DNA from: an uncultured bacterium
GTDB lineage: Bacteria > Patescibacteriota > Minisyncoccia > Phycocordibacterales > UBA9973
Assembly: GCA_903894565.1 (NCBI GenBank)
Contig: CAITQP010000011.1
Location: 6,515-70,514 of the forward strand
DNA: 64,000 nucleotides
Reading direction: 5' to 3'
In this document: piece by piece, positions 55,514-64,000 of the stretch
How positions within the stretch are numbered: position 1 is the stretch's first letter
Layout of the letters: the number at the start of each line of letters is the position of its first letter
Position numbers and translations under genes: made by a program
Notes under the pieces: model-generated
The model's database searches: none
What the model was told of the DNA's origin: nothing
Seen by the model: only the letters and a program-made list of their open reading frames with translations

Positions 55514-55864
55514 ATGGAAGATAATAAAGGTTTAATTATCGCTTTTTGTTTTTTGTGTGGCGTGTCGTTAGACGTAGCCGCAATGTTCTCCTATCAAGCG
55601 CCGCTTGACGGGATCGTGCTCTCATTTGTTGCGCTCCTTTTCGTGACGGCGGCGATTTGGGAATTCTCTGTTGAGAATTCCGTTTGGTCGTTCGGGCCAT
55701 TAATCGCAGATTTGATAATGATAGGAGCTATTTTTTCAATTCATGATCCTGTCAAAGCCAAAACGTATTATGAGACGGTTTTATTGATAACAATAGTACT
55801 ACCAATTATGCTTCCAATTATGGAAGTAGCCGTTGGTTATTATTGCAACAAGAAGCATGCATAA
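55514..55864 (+). CDS. hypothetical 4-TM small membrane protein
   Basis: 116-aa ORF preceded by TTGACA-N17-TACAAT promoter. Confidence 0.4.
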   Translation: MEDNKGLIIAFCFLCGVSLDVAAMFSYQAPLDGIVLSFVALLFVTAAIWEFSVENSVWSFGPLIADLIMIGAIFSIHDPVKAKTYYETVLLITIVLPIMLPIMEVAVGYYCNKKHA

Positions 55865-55883
55865 ATTTAAGCGCAAAAAAGTA

Positions 55884-55912
55884 AGGTCCCCGACAATTGT
55901 TGGGGACCTTTT
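55884..55912. terminator. bidirectional terminator (priA / upstream ORF)
   Basis: ggtcccc-gacaattgtt-ggggacc flanked by A6/T6. Confidence 0.7.
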
Positions 55913-57844
55913 TTATAATAAGTTATCTGGATTGACCGAAATAATGCATTCGTCGGGGAGTTTGGCGAGGATCTGGCGGAGGTTTTCTGACAGCCCCTTG
56001 CCTTCTTGAAGCGCATAGAGAGACCACTCGTCGCGTTTTGGACGAATGACTGCATTGATTGCGATTTCTTTCTTGCCCTTTACTACGATAATACTTTCAA
56101 AAATATCTGGGGCGCACGGCGCGAGTAATTCTTGAAGGTAATCTTTGGCAGCATCCTTTTCGGATTCTTTGCCGCGCCACGTTATCTTGATGATGGTGGA
56201 AGCGGGAGGATAGTTGTATTCGATACGTTCAGCAAGTTCGTTGCGATACCATGACGCATAGTTGTTCGATTGAATGAGCTCGATGATAGGTTCATCGGGA
56301 TTTTTGGTTTGTACATACAGTTTGCCACGAGTACGTTCGGCAATCGCGAGAAAAAGTTCGATGATACGTTCGCTTGCTCTGTAACTCGGAATATTAAAGA
56401 GCGTATCAAACGATACGACAATGGAATCAGTGATCGTTTCGCTCAAATAAAAGAGTGCCATTTCAGTGCCGACAAGTACGCCCGCTTGCGCCGAAGTAAA
56501 AAGTGATGCAACTTTGCGTGCCTCAGTGCGTGTTGGTGTTGCTTCGCGATCAATACGAAAGACTGGAAGGTCAGGATAGAGGCGGCGAATTTCTTCTTCG
56601 ACGAATTCAGTGCCTGTGCCAATCGCGCCGAGATTCCAGCTGTTACATCGTGCGCACTTTTGTTCAGATGGTTTGTGGCGTTTGCATTTATTGCAAATAA
56701 AAACACGTTTGCCTGAAGGTATTGTGTAAAGAACGAGCGGTGCTTCGCAATATTCGCACAGACACGTTTGTCCGCAGTCACGACAGCGCGTGAATGTGGC
56801 AAGTCCGGTACGAAGCGCGAAGGCGAAAATATGAGATTTTTTTTCGAGAGCACGGCCGATAAGTGCGCGCATGGGTTCTGAGAAGGCGGGGACTTGGTCG
56901 CTTCGGGCGCGGAGCGGTAGCTCCGCGGGCACTCCGTGTGGAATGACGGTAATTTCAATCGGAGCTAGTGCGCGGAACGTGATTGGGGCGATAGTTCCGA
57001 GTTCTTTGGTCTCATGTCTCCCGAGTGTCTCGACGCGGAGTAAACTGTCGCCCAGAATAAATTTCTTGCCAGAGCATCGTGCGAACAATTCAATGAAGAC
57101 ACGAAAATCATACGATGGATGTGTCGGCGTCGCGTATGCACTCGAACTTTCATGCTCGAGAATAATTGTCCCCGTATCTGGCCGCATGAGTGTTGCATAT
57201 GTCGGCGTACAGATTGTGACAAAAGCGTGTTTGTCGGTCGATAATTTTTTTACAGTATCAACGAGTTTCTTTTTTGAGATTTCGCTATTGAGCACCACAG
57301 CGAAATCTGAAACACCACGTGCGAGTGCTTCGGCAAAGAGTGAACAATCTGCGATCGTTGGACAGACGAAGGTGACAGATTCTTTTTTTGCGAATGCTTC
57401 ACGTATATAGGTACGATAGAACGCGATGCGATCGTCGAGGGGTGATTGGAAGAGTAGCCGTTCAGGTTGGACATCAGTAGGTCGTGGTTTGTTTTCTCCG
57501 TGTGCAAACAAGCCGTAATATGAATAGTCTGGAATAAGAAAGTTGAGAATTGTTCCTCGACTTGATCGATAGTATTGAGCAGACAGTTTTGCTGTTTCGA
57601 ATATTGAAGCGGGGACGGGTGAGCCGACTTTGACCTTCAGGATTTTCTTCAGTGCAAACGAGCCAGACTTGATTGCCGACTTTTCCTCTTTGGCATCTCG
57701 ACAAGCTACCGCAATAGCATTAACTGCTTTTGATCGAATAGGTACAGAAACGACCGTTCCGTCAGCGATTTGCTCTGACGAAAAATAGGTAAGGGTCTCC
57801 TTGGGGAGTCCTCGTTTGATTGGAACGACCTCAACAATCCACAT
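55913..57844 (-). CDS. priA: primosomal protein N' (PriA) with degenerate helicase ATPase motifs
   Basis: Cys-rich region CRDCGQTCLCEYC...CNKCKRH...CARC and C-terminal GAIGTGTEFVEEEIRRLYP...FRIDREAT as in PriA; no GxxGxGKT Walker A, DEEH replaced by LEHE. Confidence 0.8.
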   Translation of the reverse strand: MWIVEVVPIKRGLPKETLTYFSSEQIADGTVVSVPIRSKAVNAIAVACRDAKEEKSAIKSGSFALKKILKVKVGSPVPASIFETAKLSAQYYRSSRGTILNFLIPDYSYYGLFAHGENKPRPTDVQPERLLFQSPLDDRIAFYRTYIREAFAKKESVTFVCPTIADCSLFAEALARGVSDFAVVLNSEISKKKLVDTVKKLSTDKHAFVTICTPTYATLMRPDTGTIILEHESSSAYATPTHPSYDFRVFIELFARCSGKKFILGDSLLRVETLGRHETKELGTIAPITFRALAPIEITVIPHGVPAELPLRARSDQVPAFSEPMRALIGRALEKKSHIFAFALRTGLATFTRCRDCGQTCLCEYCEAPLVLYTIPSGKRVFICNKCKRHKPSEQKCARCNSWNLGAIGTGTEFVEEEIRRLYPDLPVFRIDREATPTRTEARKVASLFTSAQAGVLVGTEMALFYLSETITDSIVVSFDTLFNIPSYRASERIIELFLAIAERTRGKLYVQTKNPDEPIIELIQSNNYASWYRNELAERIEYNYPPASTIIKITWRGKESEKDAAKDYLQELLAPCAPDIFESIIVVKGKKEIAINAVIRPKRDEWSLYALQEGKGLSENLRQILAKLPDECIISVNPDNLL

Positions 57845-57931
57845 ATAGTGCCATTAAAGCACGAACTAGACTTCGTTGGAATGACATTGACATTTTATAA
57901 AACAAATGTACTATAATTTAAAATTACGAAG

Positions 57932-58165
57932 ATGAGAACATCATATAGACAAGCTTGGTTTGTAATACTAGTACTGAGCATGTCGATCGGCTCAGTACTT
58001 TGTTTAATAGGCATTTTACGCTTATTTCATTTTTTTGTTAGGAACTGTACTGCTATGTATATTACAGGTGGCGTTACATTCATTGTGGCAATTTATTGTT
58101 ACACAAAAGTTTTTAGTTCGACAGATGGCCAAAAAATGAATGAAGGAAATTTCTCAAACAATTAA
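57932..58165 (+). CDS. hypothetical small membrane protein
   Basis: 77 aa, two TM. Confidence 0.3.
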   Translation: MRTSYRQAWFVILVLSMSIGSVLCLIGILRLFHFFVRNCTAMYITGGVTFIVAIYCYTKVFSSTDGQKMNEGNFSNN

Positions 58166-58166
58166 A

Positions 58167-58202
58167 GTGTCCGCCTTCTCACTCTGTGAGAAGGCGGACA
58201 CT
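58167..58202 (+). terminator. strong rho-independent terminator
   Basis: gtgtccgccttctcac-tctg-tgagaaggcggacac + TTTT. Confidence 0.8.
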
Positions 58203-58237
58203 TTTACATATACGAAGCTTTAGCATATAATCCGCAC

Positions 58238-59245
58238 ATGTTTGGAAAGAAAATTGGAATCGACCTTGGCACGGCCAATACACTCGTCTATATCCCCGGA
58301 AAAGGTATCATTTTGAATGAGCCTTCTGTTGTCGCTGTTTCTGAGCAAGACAATACGATTCTCGCTATCGGTACAGAAGCCAAGGAAATGATCGGAAAGA
58401 CTCCTGAGTCTATTATTGCGTATCGTCCAATGAAAGATGGTGTTATTGCTGACTATCGTGTGACTGAAGCAATGCTCCGGTACTTTATTTCAAAAGCTCT
58501 CGGAAAATGGAATCTCTTTAAACCAGAAGCCATGATCTCTGTTCCTGCGGGAATTACTTCGACGGAGCGTCGCGCCGTTGTCGAGGCTGCACTTCGCGCA
58601 GGCGCAAAAAATGCGTATGTGGTCAAAGAACCAATTCTCGCTGCGATTGGTGCAGGAATTCCAATTCAAGAATCGCGTGGACACATGATCGTTGATATCG
58701 GTGGCGGAACGACAGACGTCGCCGTGATCGCGCTCGGAGGAATTGTGGCTTCAACTTCGGTCAAATGTGCGGGAGACAAAATCGATCATGCGATCGCCGA
58801 ATATATCCGTAAAACTTTCAACTTGGCGATTGGAGATAAAACTGCTGAAAAAATCAAAATGGAAATCGGTGCAGCGGTGCCGCTCGAAGAAGAATTGACG
58901 ATGACTATTAAGGGACGTGATTTTGTTCAAGGCTTGCCTCGAACAGCGCAAGTCTCAACAAATGAAATCGTGCGTGCGATCGACCCTGAGCTTCGTCAGG
59001 TAGTCAAAGCTATTAAAGACGTACTTCAAGAAACTCCGCCAGAGCTCGCGGCTGACATTATTGATGCAGGTATCATTATGACGGGCGGTACATCTCAGCT
59101 TCGCAATTTTCCTGATTTGATTTATCGACGAACTGGCGTGAAGGCCGTGCTTGCTGATGATGCGCTTTTTTGTGTGGTAAAGGGGACTGGAATTGCTTTG
59201 GAACATCTTTCGACCTACAAGCGTTCGATCATGAGTAAGCGATAA
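58238..59245 (+). CDS. mreB: rod shape-determining protein MreB
   Basis: IGIDLGTANTLVY..., actin-fold motifs. Confidence 0.93.
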   Translation: MFGKKIGIDLGTANTLVYIPGKGIILNEPSVVAVSEQDNTILAIGTEAKEMIGKTPESIIAYRPMKDGVIADYRVTEAMLRYFISKALGKWNLFKPEAMISVPAGITSTERRAVVEAALRAGAKNAYVVKEPILAAIGAGIPIQESRGHMIVDIGGGTTDVAVIALGGIVASTSVKCAGDKIDHAIAEYIRKTFNLAIGDKTAEKIKMEIGAAVPLEEELTMTIKGRDFVQGLPRTAQVSTNEIVRAIDPELRQVVKAIKDVLQETPPELAADIIDAGIIMTGGTSQLRNFPDLIYRRTGVKAVLADDALFCVVKGTGIALEHLSTYKRSIMSKR

Positions 59246-59254
59246 TAGTTTTGT

Positions 59255-59905
59255 ATGGAGGAATTATTTCATGCGTATGTAGTGGGCGGGGCGCGCGCTA
59301 CCGCGCGCGCCCACATCGAATCCATGCTTACTGAACACGGATTTGTAAAAACAAACAATGCCGATTTCGTATTTCGTGAACTCGTTTCGTTCTCGATGGA
59401 AGACGCGCGCGAGCTTCGCCTATGGCAAGAACTTACCTCAATGAATGGCGGGCACAAAGTTCATGTTGTCTATGCAGATTTTATTACACGAGAAGCAGAA
59501 AACGCACTTTTGAAAACACTCGAAGAACCAATTCCGAACACGCATATTTTTTTTGCAATCCCAAAACCTGACGTTTTGCTCCCGACCCTTCTTTCTCGCG
59601 TTCGAGTAATCACGCCCGTACGAAATGATGATTTCAAAAAAGAAGCAATTGATTTTTTGCGAAGCACACAGCAACAAAGATTGTCACATGTTGCGAAGCT
59701 GGTAGAAAAGTCTGACGACGAAGAAGCGGCTGCCGAAGTGCGCGAGCGTACGCTCGCGCTTCTTGACGCACTTGAACAATCACTCAGCGATGATTTACAA
59801 AAAAATAAATTAAAACTCGAACAGATCTTGAAATATAAAAAATATCTCTATATTCCTGGAGCATCATCTCGAATGATTCTCGAAACACTCGCGCTTGTTC
59901 TCTAA
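59255..59905 (+). CDS. holB: DNA polymerase III delta-prime-like subunit (short form)
   Basis: ALLKTLEEPIPNTHIFFAI...LLPTLLSRV clamp-loader motifs; no intact Walker A. Confidence 0.65.
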   Translation: MEELFHAYVVGGARATARAHIESMLTEHGFVKTNNADFVFRELVSFSMEDARELRLWQELTSMNGGHKVHVVYADFITREAENALLKTLEEPIPNTHIFFAIPKPDVLLPTLLSRVRVITPVRNDDFKKEAIDFLRSTQQQRLSHVAKLVEKSDDEEAAAEVRERTLALLDALEQSLSDDLQKNKLKLEQILKYKKYLYIPGASSRMILETLALVL

Positions 59906-59942
59906 TTTACTAATTGCCTATTTCCTACTATAATAAGCATCT

Positions 59943-60482
59943 ATGGCATTCAATTTTTCAAGTCTTGATAGTAGTTTAAAAGAATCAACTGACTGGCTCG
60001 GTCGCGAATACTCGCGTGTTCATACTGGTCGCGCCTCGCCAATGCTTCTCGATGGCGTTATGGTTGAAGCATATGGATCATTCCAGCCGATCAAGAACGT
60101 CGGTTCTGTATCTATTGAAGACTCACGTACTCTCCGCATTACGCTTTGGGACAAAACTGTTCTGAAAGATGTCGAGAAAGCAATTATTGCCGCCAATCTT
60201 GGGTTGTCCCTTGCGACTGATGGAGAAGGTATGCGCGTTATTTTCCCAGCACTTACTACTGAAAACCGCACACGTCTCGTCAAAGTACTAAAAGAAAAAA
60301 TGGAGGAAGCACGCGTGAGCGTGCGTCGCGATCGCGAAACTGCACTCAATGAACTGAAATCAGCTGATCTTCCTGAAGACGAAGCACGCAGAACCAAAGA
60401 TGATATTCAAAAGCGCGTTGACACGGCGAACGCGAAGCTCGAAGCAACATTTGAAGCAAAAGAAACAGAAGTCATGAGCTAA
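59943..60482 (+). CDS. frr: ribosome recycling factor
   Basis: 179 aa; RTLRITLWDKT...ANLGLSLATDGEGMRV..P.LTTENR. Confidence 0.93.
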   Translation: MAFNFSSLDSSLKESTDWLGREYSRVHTGRASPMLLDGVMVEAYGSFQPIKNVGSVSIEDSRTLRITLWDKTVLKDVEKAIIAANLGLSLATDGEGMRVIFPALTTENRTRLVKVLKEKMEEARVSVRRDRETALNELKSADLPEDEARRTKDDIQKRVDTANAKLEATFEAKETEVMS

Positions 60483-60487
60483 GCTCT

Positions 60488-61588
60488 ATGTCTACAGTCA
60501 TACTTTTTCTTGTTGTTATCATTGTGCTCGTTGTTATACACGAGCTCGGGCATTTTTTTGTGGCGAAACTATTTGGCATTCGTGTCGATGAATTCGGCAT
60601 TGGATATCCACCTCGTGCTAAAAAATTATTTATTTGGAAAGAAACGTTGTTTAGCCTCAACTGGCTTCCTTTTGGTGGTTTTGTAAAAATTTATGGCGAG
60701 GAGGCTGACGATGAGACTGCAGAAAAAATTTCAAATTCATTTACATATCAAAAGAAATGGAAACGCGCAGCCGTTGTCCTTGCTGGAATCGTGGCAAACA
60801 CCATGCTTGCTTTCGTGTTATATGTCGCATCGTTTAGTATTGGATTTCTTGGATCACCATCGGATTTTCCAGGAAGTGTTGTTGTAAATAAGCCTGAAAT
60901 GTTGATTACAGAAGTAGTCAGTGGTAGTCCCGCAAGCCAAGCAAAAATTCAAGCAGGGGATTTGATTACAAAAATTACAGCTTCGGGGAAAACGCTCGTT
61001 CCACAAACTGCCGGAAACATAATTTCGTTTATTCAATCAAACGGGACAGCTCCGATCACACTCTCCATTACCCATAGAAATATCTCTCATGATGTTGTGG
61101 TTACTCCACGCGATGGGATTGTTGCTGGAAAGCCTGGGATCGGAGTTGGTCTTTCTGAAGTGTCGCTCATTCGATTACCTTTTTTCAGATCGATCCCGGT
61201 TGCGGCAAGTTACACTGTCGAAGAATTCAAAAGTGTATTTAATGGAATTGGAACTTTGGTTTCATCCGCTGTTCACGGACAAAAAGGAACACTCTCGCAA
61301 GTCTCTGGTCCTGTAGGTATTGCACAAATCGCAGGCCAAGCATATGCGCTCGGATTTGGTTCATTCCTTACCTTCGTCGCGCTTATCTCTGTAAATCTCG
61401 CAGTCATCAATTTGCTGCCATTTCCAGCTCTCGATGGGGGCCGATTGATTCTTGAATTGTTTGCAACCGATGGTAAATCGCGTATTTCAAAGCGAGTCGT
61501 TGCCCTGATCAACCAGGCCGGATTTATCCTCTTGATACTATTGATGTTGTATGTTACTTATCACGATATTGCCCGTCTTTTTTCCTAG
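60488..61588 (+). CDS. rseP: site-2 protease RseP (M50) with PDZ domain
   Basis: HELGHFFVAK zinc motif, PDZ (GSPASQAKIQAGDLI), LPFPALDGG. Confidence 0.9.
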   Translation: MSTVILFLVVIIVLVVIHELGHFFVAKLFGIRVDEFGIGYPPRAKKLFIWKETLFSLNWLPFGGFVKIYGEEADDETAEKISNSFTYQKKWKRAAVVLAGIVANTMLAFVLYVASFSIGFLGSPSDFPGSVVVNKPEMLITEVVSGSPASQAKIQAGDLITKITASGKTLVPQTAGNIISFIQSNGTAPITLSITHRNISHDVVVTPRDGIVAGKPGIGVGLSEVSLIRLPFFRSIPVAASYTVEEFKSVFNGIGTLVSSAVHGQKGTLSQVSGPVGIAQIAGQAYALGFGSFLTFVALISVNLAVINLLPFPALDGGRLILELFATDGKSRISKRVVALINQAGFILLILLMLYVTYHDIARLFS

Positions 61589-61727
61589 TTTTAATACCCG
61601 ACCAGAAATAATGAGCAGGGGACGAGAGGCGATTATACGTTGAAATATAAGGATATATGATCAGATTTGACCTTTACAGTAAATAATGATATATTGGACC
61701 GGTAGCAAATAAACACAAATAATACTT

Positions 61728-62759
61728 ATGTCAAAGAAGATAACATTCAAGCCCAAGCAGATCACCAAAAAAATCCTCTCACCACTCCAGGATCGTTCTC
61801 TTGATATTGTCAAAAGCCGTTTCGGCCTTGGCGGTGACACTGAACGAAAAACACTTGAAGCAATCGGTGATAAATACGGGATTACTCGTGAACGTGTACG
61901 TCAAATCGAACAAGCCGCGCTTAACTTGATAAAGAAATCCGAAGACTATAAGAGTGAGAAACCAAGTTGGGATGAATTGAAGGCGATTGTGAGCGAACTC
62001 GGTGGTCTCGTTGCAGAACATGACCTCCTTGAATCAATCTCAAAAGACGAAGAAGTTCAGAACCATGTTCACTTCTATCTCGTCCTCGGTGATGATTTTA
62101 TCAAACACCGCGAAGATGATGATTTTGTTTCTCGCTGGAGTGTTGATCACGAACTTGCTGGAAAAGTACACAATTCACTTTCATCACTCTACTCAAAACT
62201 TTCTGACGATGAACTCATCACAGAAAGCGAAATGGTAGATCGTTTCCTCGAAGAACTCAAACAAATCAATGTTGGCGAACGTGATGCCGAGATGGCAAAA
62301 CGATGGCTCTGTCTATCGAAAGGAATCTGTAAGAATCCGCTCGGTGAATGGGGTAAGTCTTCAGCCGCTGGTGTAAAAGCTCGCGGAATCAAAGATTACG
62401 CATATCTCATGATGCGAAAGCACGGCAGTCCAATGCATTTTCGCGAAGTAGCAGAGGCGATCACAAATACCTTTGAGAAGAAATGTCACACAGCAACGTG
62501 TCACAACGAACTCATTAAAGATAATCGCTTCGTGCTCGTAGGACGTGGAATGTACGCTCTCAGTGAATGGGGATACAAGCCAGGTGTTGTCCGTGACGTC
62601 ATCAAGGAAATCTTGAAACGCGAAGGAGCTCTCACTAAAGAAGAAGTTGTCGACAAGGTTCTCAAAGAGCGATACCTCAAAAAGAACACAATTCTCGTCA
62701 ATCTTCAGAATCCAAAATACTTCAAAAAGAACAAAGACAAGAAATATTCTCCAGTGTAA
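61728..62759 (+). CDS. sigma-70 region-4 HTH protein with C-terminal HARE-HTH-like domain
   Basis: N-terminal RFGLGGDTERKTLEAIGDKYGITRERVRQIEQAALNLI (sigma r4); C-terminal GSPMHFREVAEAIT...DNRFVLVGRGMYALSEWG (HARE-HTH pattern). Confidence 0.55.
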   Translation: MSKKITFKPKQITKKILSPLQDRSLDIVKSRFGLGGDTERKTLEAIGDKYGITRERVRQIEQAALNLIKKSEDYKSEKPSWDELKAIVSELGGLVAEHDLLESISKDEEVQNHVHFYLVLGDDFIKHREDDDFVSRWSVDHELAGKVHNSLSSLYSKLSDDELITESEMVDRFLEELKQINVGERDAEMAKRWLCLSKGICKNPLGEWGKSSAAGVKARGIKDYAYLMMRKHGSPMHFREVAEAITNTFEKKCHTATCHNELIKDNRFVLVGRGMYALSEWGYKPGVVRDVIKEILKREGALTKEEVVDKVLKERYLKKNTILVNLQNPKYFKKNKDKKYSPV

Positions 62760-62763
62760 TACA

Positions 62764-62801
62764 CTACAAAAAAACTCCCATTCTATGGGAGTTTTTTTGT
62801 A
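62764..62801 (+). terminator. rho-independent terminator
   Basis: ctacaaaaaaactcccat-tcta-tgggagtttttttgtag. Confidence 0.75.
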
Positions 62802-62825
62802 GTGTATTTACATATATAGATATAT

Positions 62826-63275
62826 GTGTTAATAATAGGCATCGTTCACAATTTTCTTTCACAATTTTTCTTAACAATTTTTATGCAAAAAATTCATTTA
62901 ACCAAGACGCAACTCTATGTCGCGATTGTCGCGTTCGGACTAGGGTTCACCCTAATTGCGATAGATTATTACTACCGGCACTACGCACTCCTTGTGTCGT
63001 GGGGGATGGTTTTCTTCCTTATATCTATCCTGGCGGTCCTGCCGCGATTTAGGCGCAATGCCGCAAGCGTATTGACAGGAATTCTTGTCGGTGCGATAGG
63101 GTTTGAAATTTCGTCCCAATATCTTTACCAAATGATTACCCCATCCAATCCTGGACTCATTCTGTTGCTCGGCGTGCTTGGATCTTTTTTGATCAAAGTA
63201 TCAATCAGCGATATAAACTGGGCTGATATGCACCAGGACCGATTACTTGATGAAAAAGAGACAGTAAAAAAGTAA
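62826..63275 (+). CDS. hypothetical 4-TM membrane protein (alternative start 62883)
   Basis: 149-aa ORF, hydrophobic segments. Confidence 0.45.
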   Translation: MLIIGIVHNFLSQFFLTIFMQKIHLTKTQLYVAIVAFGLGFTLIAIDYYYRHYALLVSWGMVFFLISILAVLPRFRRNAASVLTGILVGAIGFEISSQYLYQMITPSNPGLILLLGVLGSFLIKVSISDINWADMHQDRLLDEKETVKK

Positions 63276-63349
63276 GGTAACTTAATTTCGAAAATTACAA
63301 CCGCGGCTTATGCTCGCGGTTGTTTTCAATTATGTGCTAAAATATTTGA

Positions 63350-63799
63350 ATGAATATCAATTATGAGCGAGGGAATTTCATACTCATTATTGCAGGCCTT
63401 GTCGCCGTACTTTTCTTGATTGGTTTTTTTCGAAATGCCCCAGCATTTTGGGATACCGTAAATTACAAAAAAATTCTGCGTCTTCCATGTGGCCTCACTG
63501 TTCAACACCCAACGTACGGCAAAAATGAGAAAGCACAATTTCCTGTTGAGATCGACGGATATGTGAATGCGTGTGGCTGGGATCCTAAAAACGGCATCGC
63601 GGGTACGGCGCAACTCTTTGATGCGAAAGGACTACCGATGAGTGCTCCAACTCCGCTTGTGATTCCATCAGACAATGGCACGTATCCTGTGTACTTTGAT
63701 ACGACACTTCGACTGACGAATGCACCAACATCTGACACGGGAAACATTCTTATTACAAGTACGAGTGGTCTTTTGTATCCAATAGCAGTTACGTTCTGA
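63350..63799 (+). CDS. N-terminally anchored hypothetical protein (possible Ig-like Gmad2-type domain)
   Basis: TM anchor then beta-rich region with two Cys (LPCGL...NACGWDP). Confidence 0.4.
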   Translation: MNINYERGNFILIIAGLVAVLFLIGFFRNAPAFWDTVNYKKILRLPCGLTVQHPTYGKNEKAQFPVEIDGYVNACGWDPKNGIAGTAQLFDAKGLPMSAPTPLVIPSDNGTYPVYFDTTLRLTNAPTSDTGNILITSTSGLLYPIAVTF

Positions 63800-63836
63800 T
63801 ATACTAGAATAGAGATATGATTATCATAAGCATCAT

Positions 63837-64000
63837 TGGAACTATCCTTTCATTTGTACTCATGCTCGCAGGAAAGACTGCGTTTATTTGGGCACCAATT
63901 GTTTTGATGTATACCGGTTTCCAGCTGTGGCACCATTTTGTGACAGAACGTTTTGTACTTGGAATGACGTGGACGTTATTTGAAATCGAAGTTCCCCGTG
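63837..64000 (+). CDS. hypothetical membrane protein, 3' end outside window
   Basis: ORF MIIISIIGTILSFVLMLAGKTAFIWAPIVLMYTGFQLWHHF... runs to window edge. Confidence 0.3.

Noticed and set aside
1-64000. CRISPR arrays, rRNA genes, IS elements with terminal inverted repeats
   Set aside because: No regularly spaced direct repeats and no rRNA-like conserved stretches. The only long inverted repeat (50694-50823) has no transposase and is treated as a possible MITE or terminator instead.

Overview
AT-rich (~43% GC) bacterial window with dense, mostly short genes, many rho-independent terminators and many small hypothetical membrane proteins. The gene content and domain fusions look like a small-genome Parcubacteria/CPR-type bacterium; that placement is inference only. 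Housekeeping content: tail of rpsD, rpoA, rplQ, rplM, rpsI; ogt-like, uppP, cspA; grpE and dnaK, separated by three small genes; a PIF1-like helicase, dinB, hsp20, prsW, valS, tsaD, an HTH-murA fusion divergent from murB; pyrF, an ABC exporter, a truncated glmU, trxB, ftsZ/ftsA, ybeY, rpsU, priA, mreB, holB, frr, rseP; three tRNAs (Val-GAC, Ser-CGA, Glu-UUC). No rRNA, CRISPR array or intact transposon was seen. Most notable observations: (1) valS carries an in-frame histidine-phosphatase (RHGE...GHNG) domain insertion. (2) A two-gene operon behind a consensus promoter encodes an FN3+dockerin secreted protein and a membrane-anchored cohesin-like protein. (3) A colinear bshC-like(half-size)-bshB-bshA cluster suggests bacillithiol biosynthesis. 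(4) An XRE-type HTH is fused to MurA, with a 20-bp palindrome in the murA/murB divergent promoter. (5) A 3-TM protein with SLATT/DUF4231-like architecture sits next to a SAM methyltransferase and two tandem paralogous unknowns. (6) A GC-rich, E. coli-like segment at tRNA-Val/tRNA-Ser holds a decayed serine-recombinase C-terminal fragment. (7) A 130-bp nested inverted repeat with perfect 30-bp arms lies between convergent glmU and trxB. (8) A 1066-aa surface protein combines a beta-helix with an LCAT-like (YDWR/HSMGG) lipase domain. (9) priA has lost its Walker A/B motifs but keeps its Cys-rich zinc region. (10) One protein joins sigma-70 region 4 to a HARE-HTH. All coordinates for non-ORF features were read by eye and may be off by 1-2 nt; family assignments rest on motif recognition without database searches.
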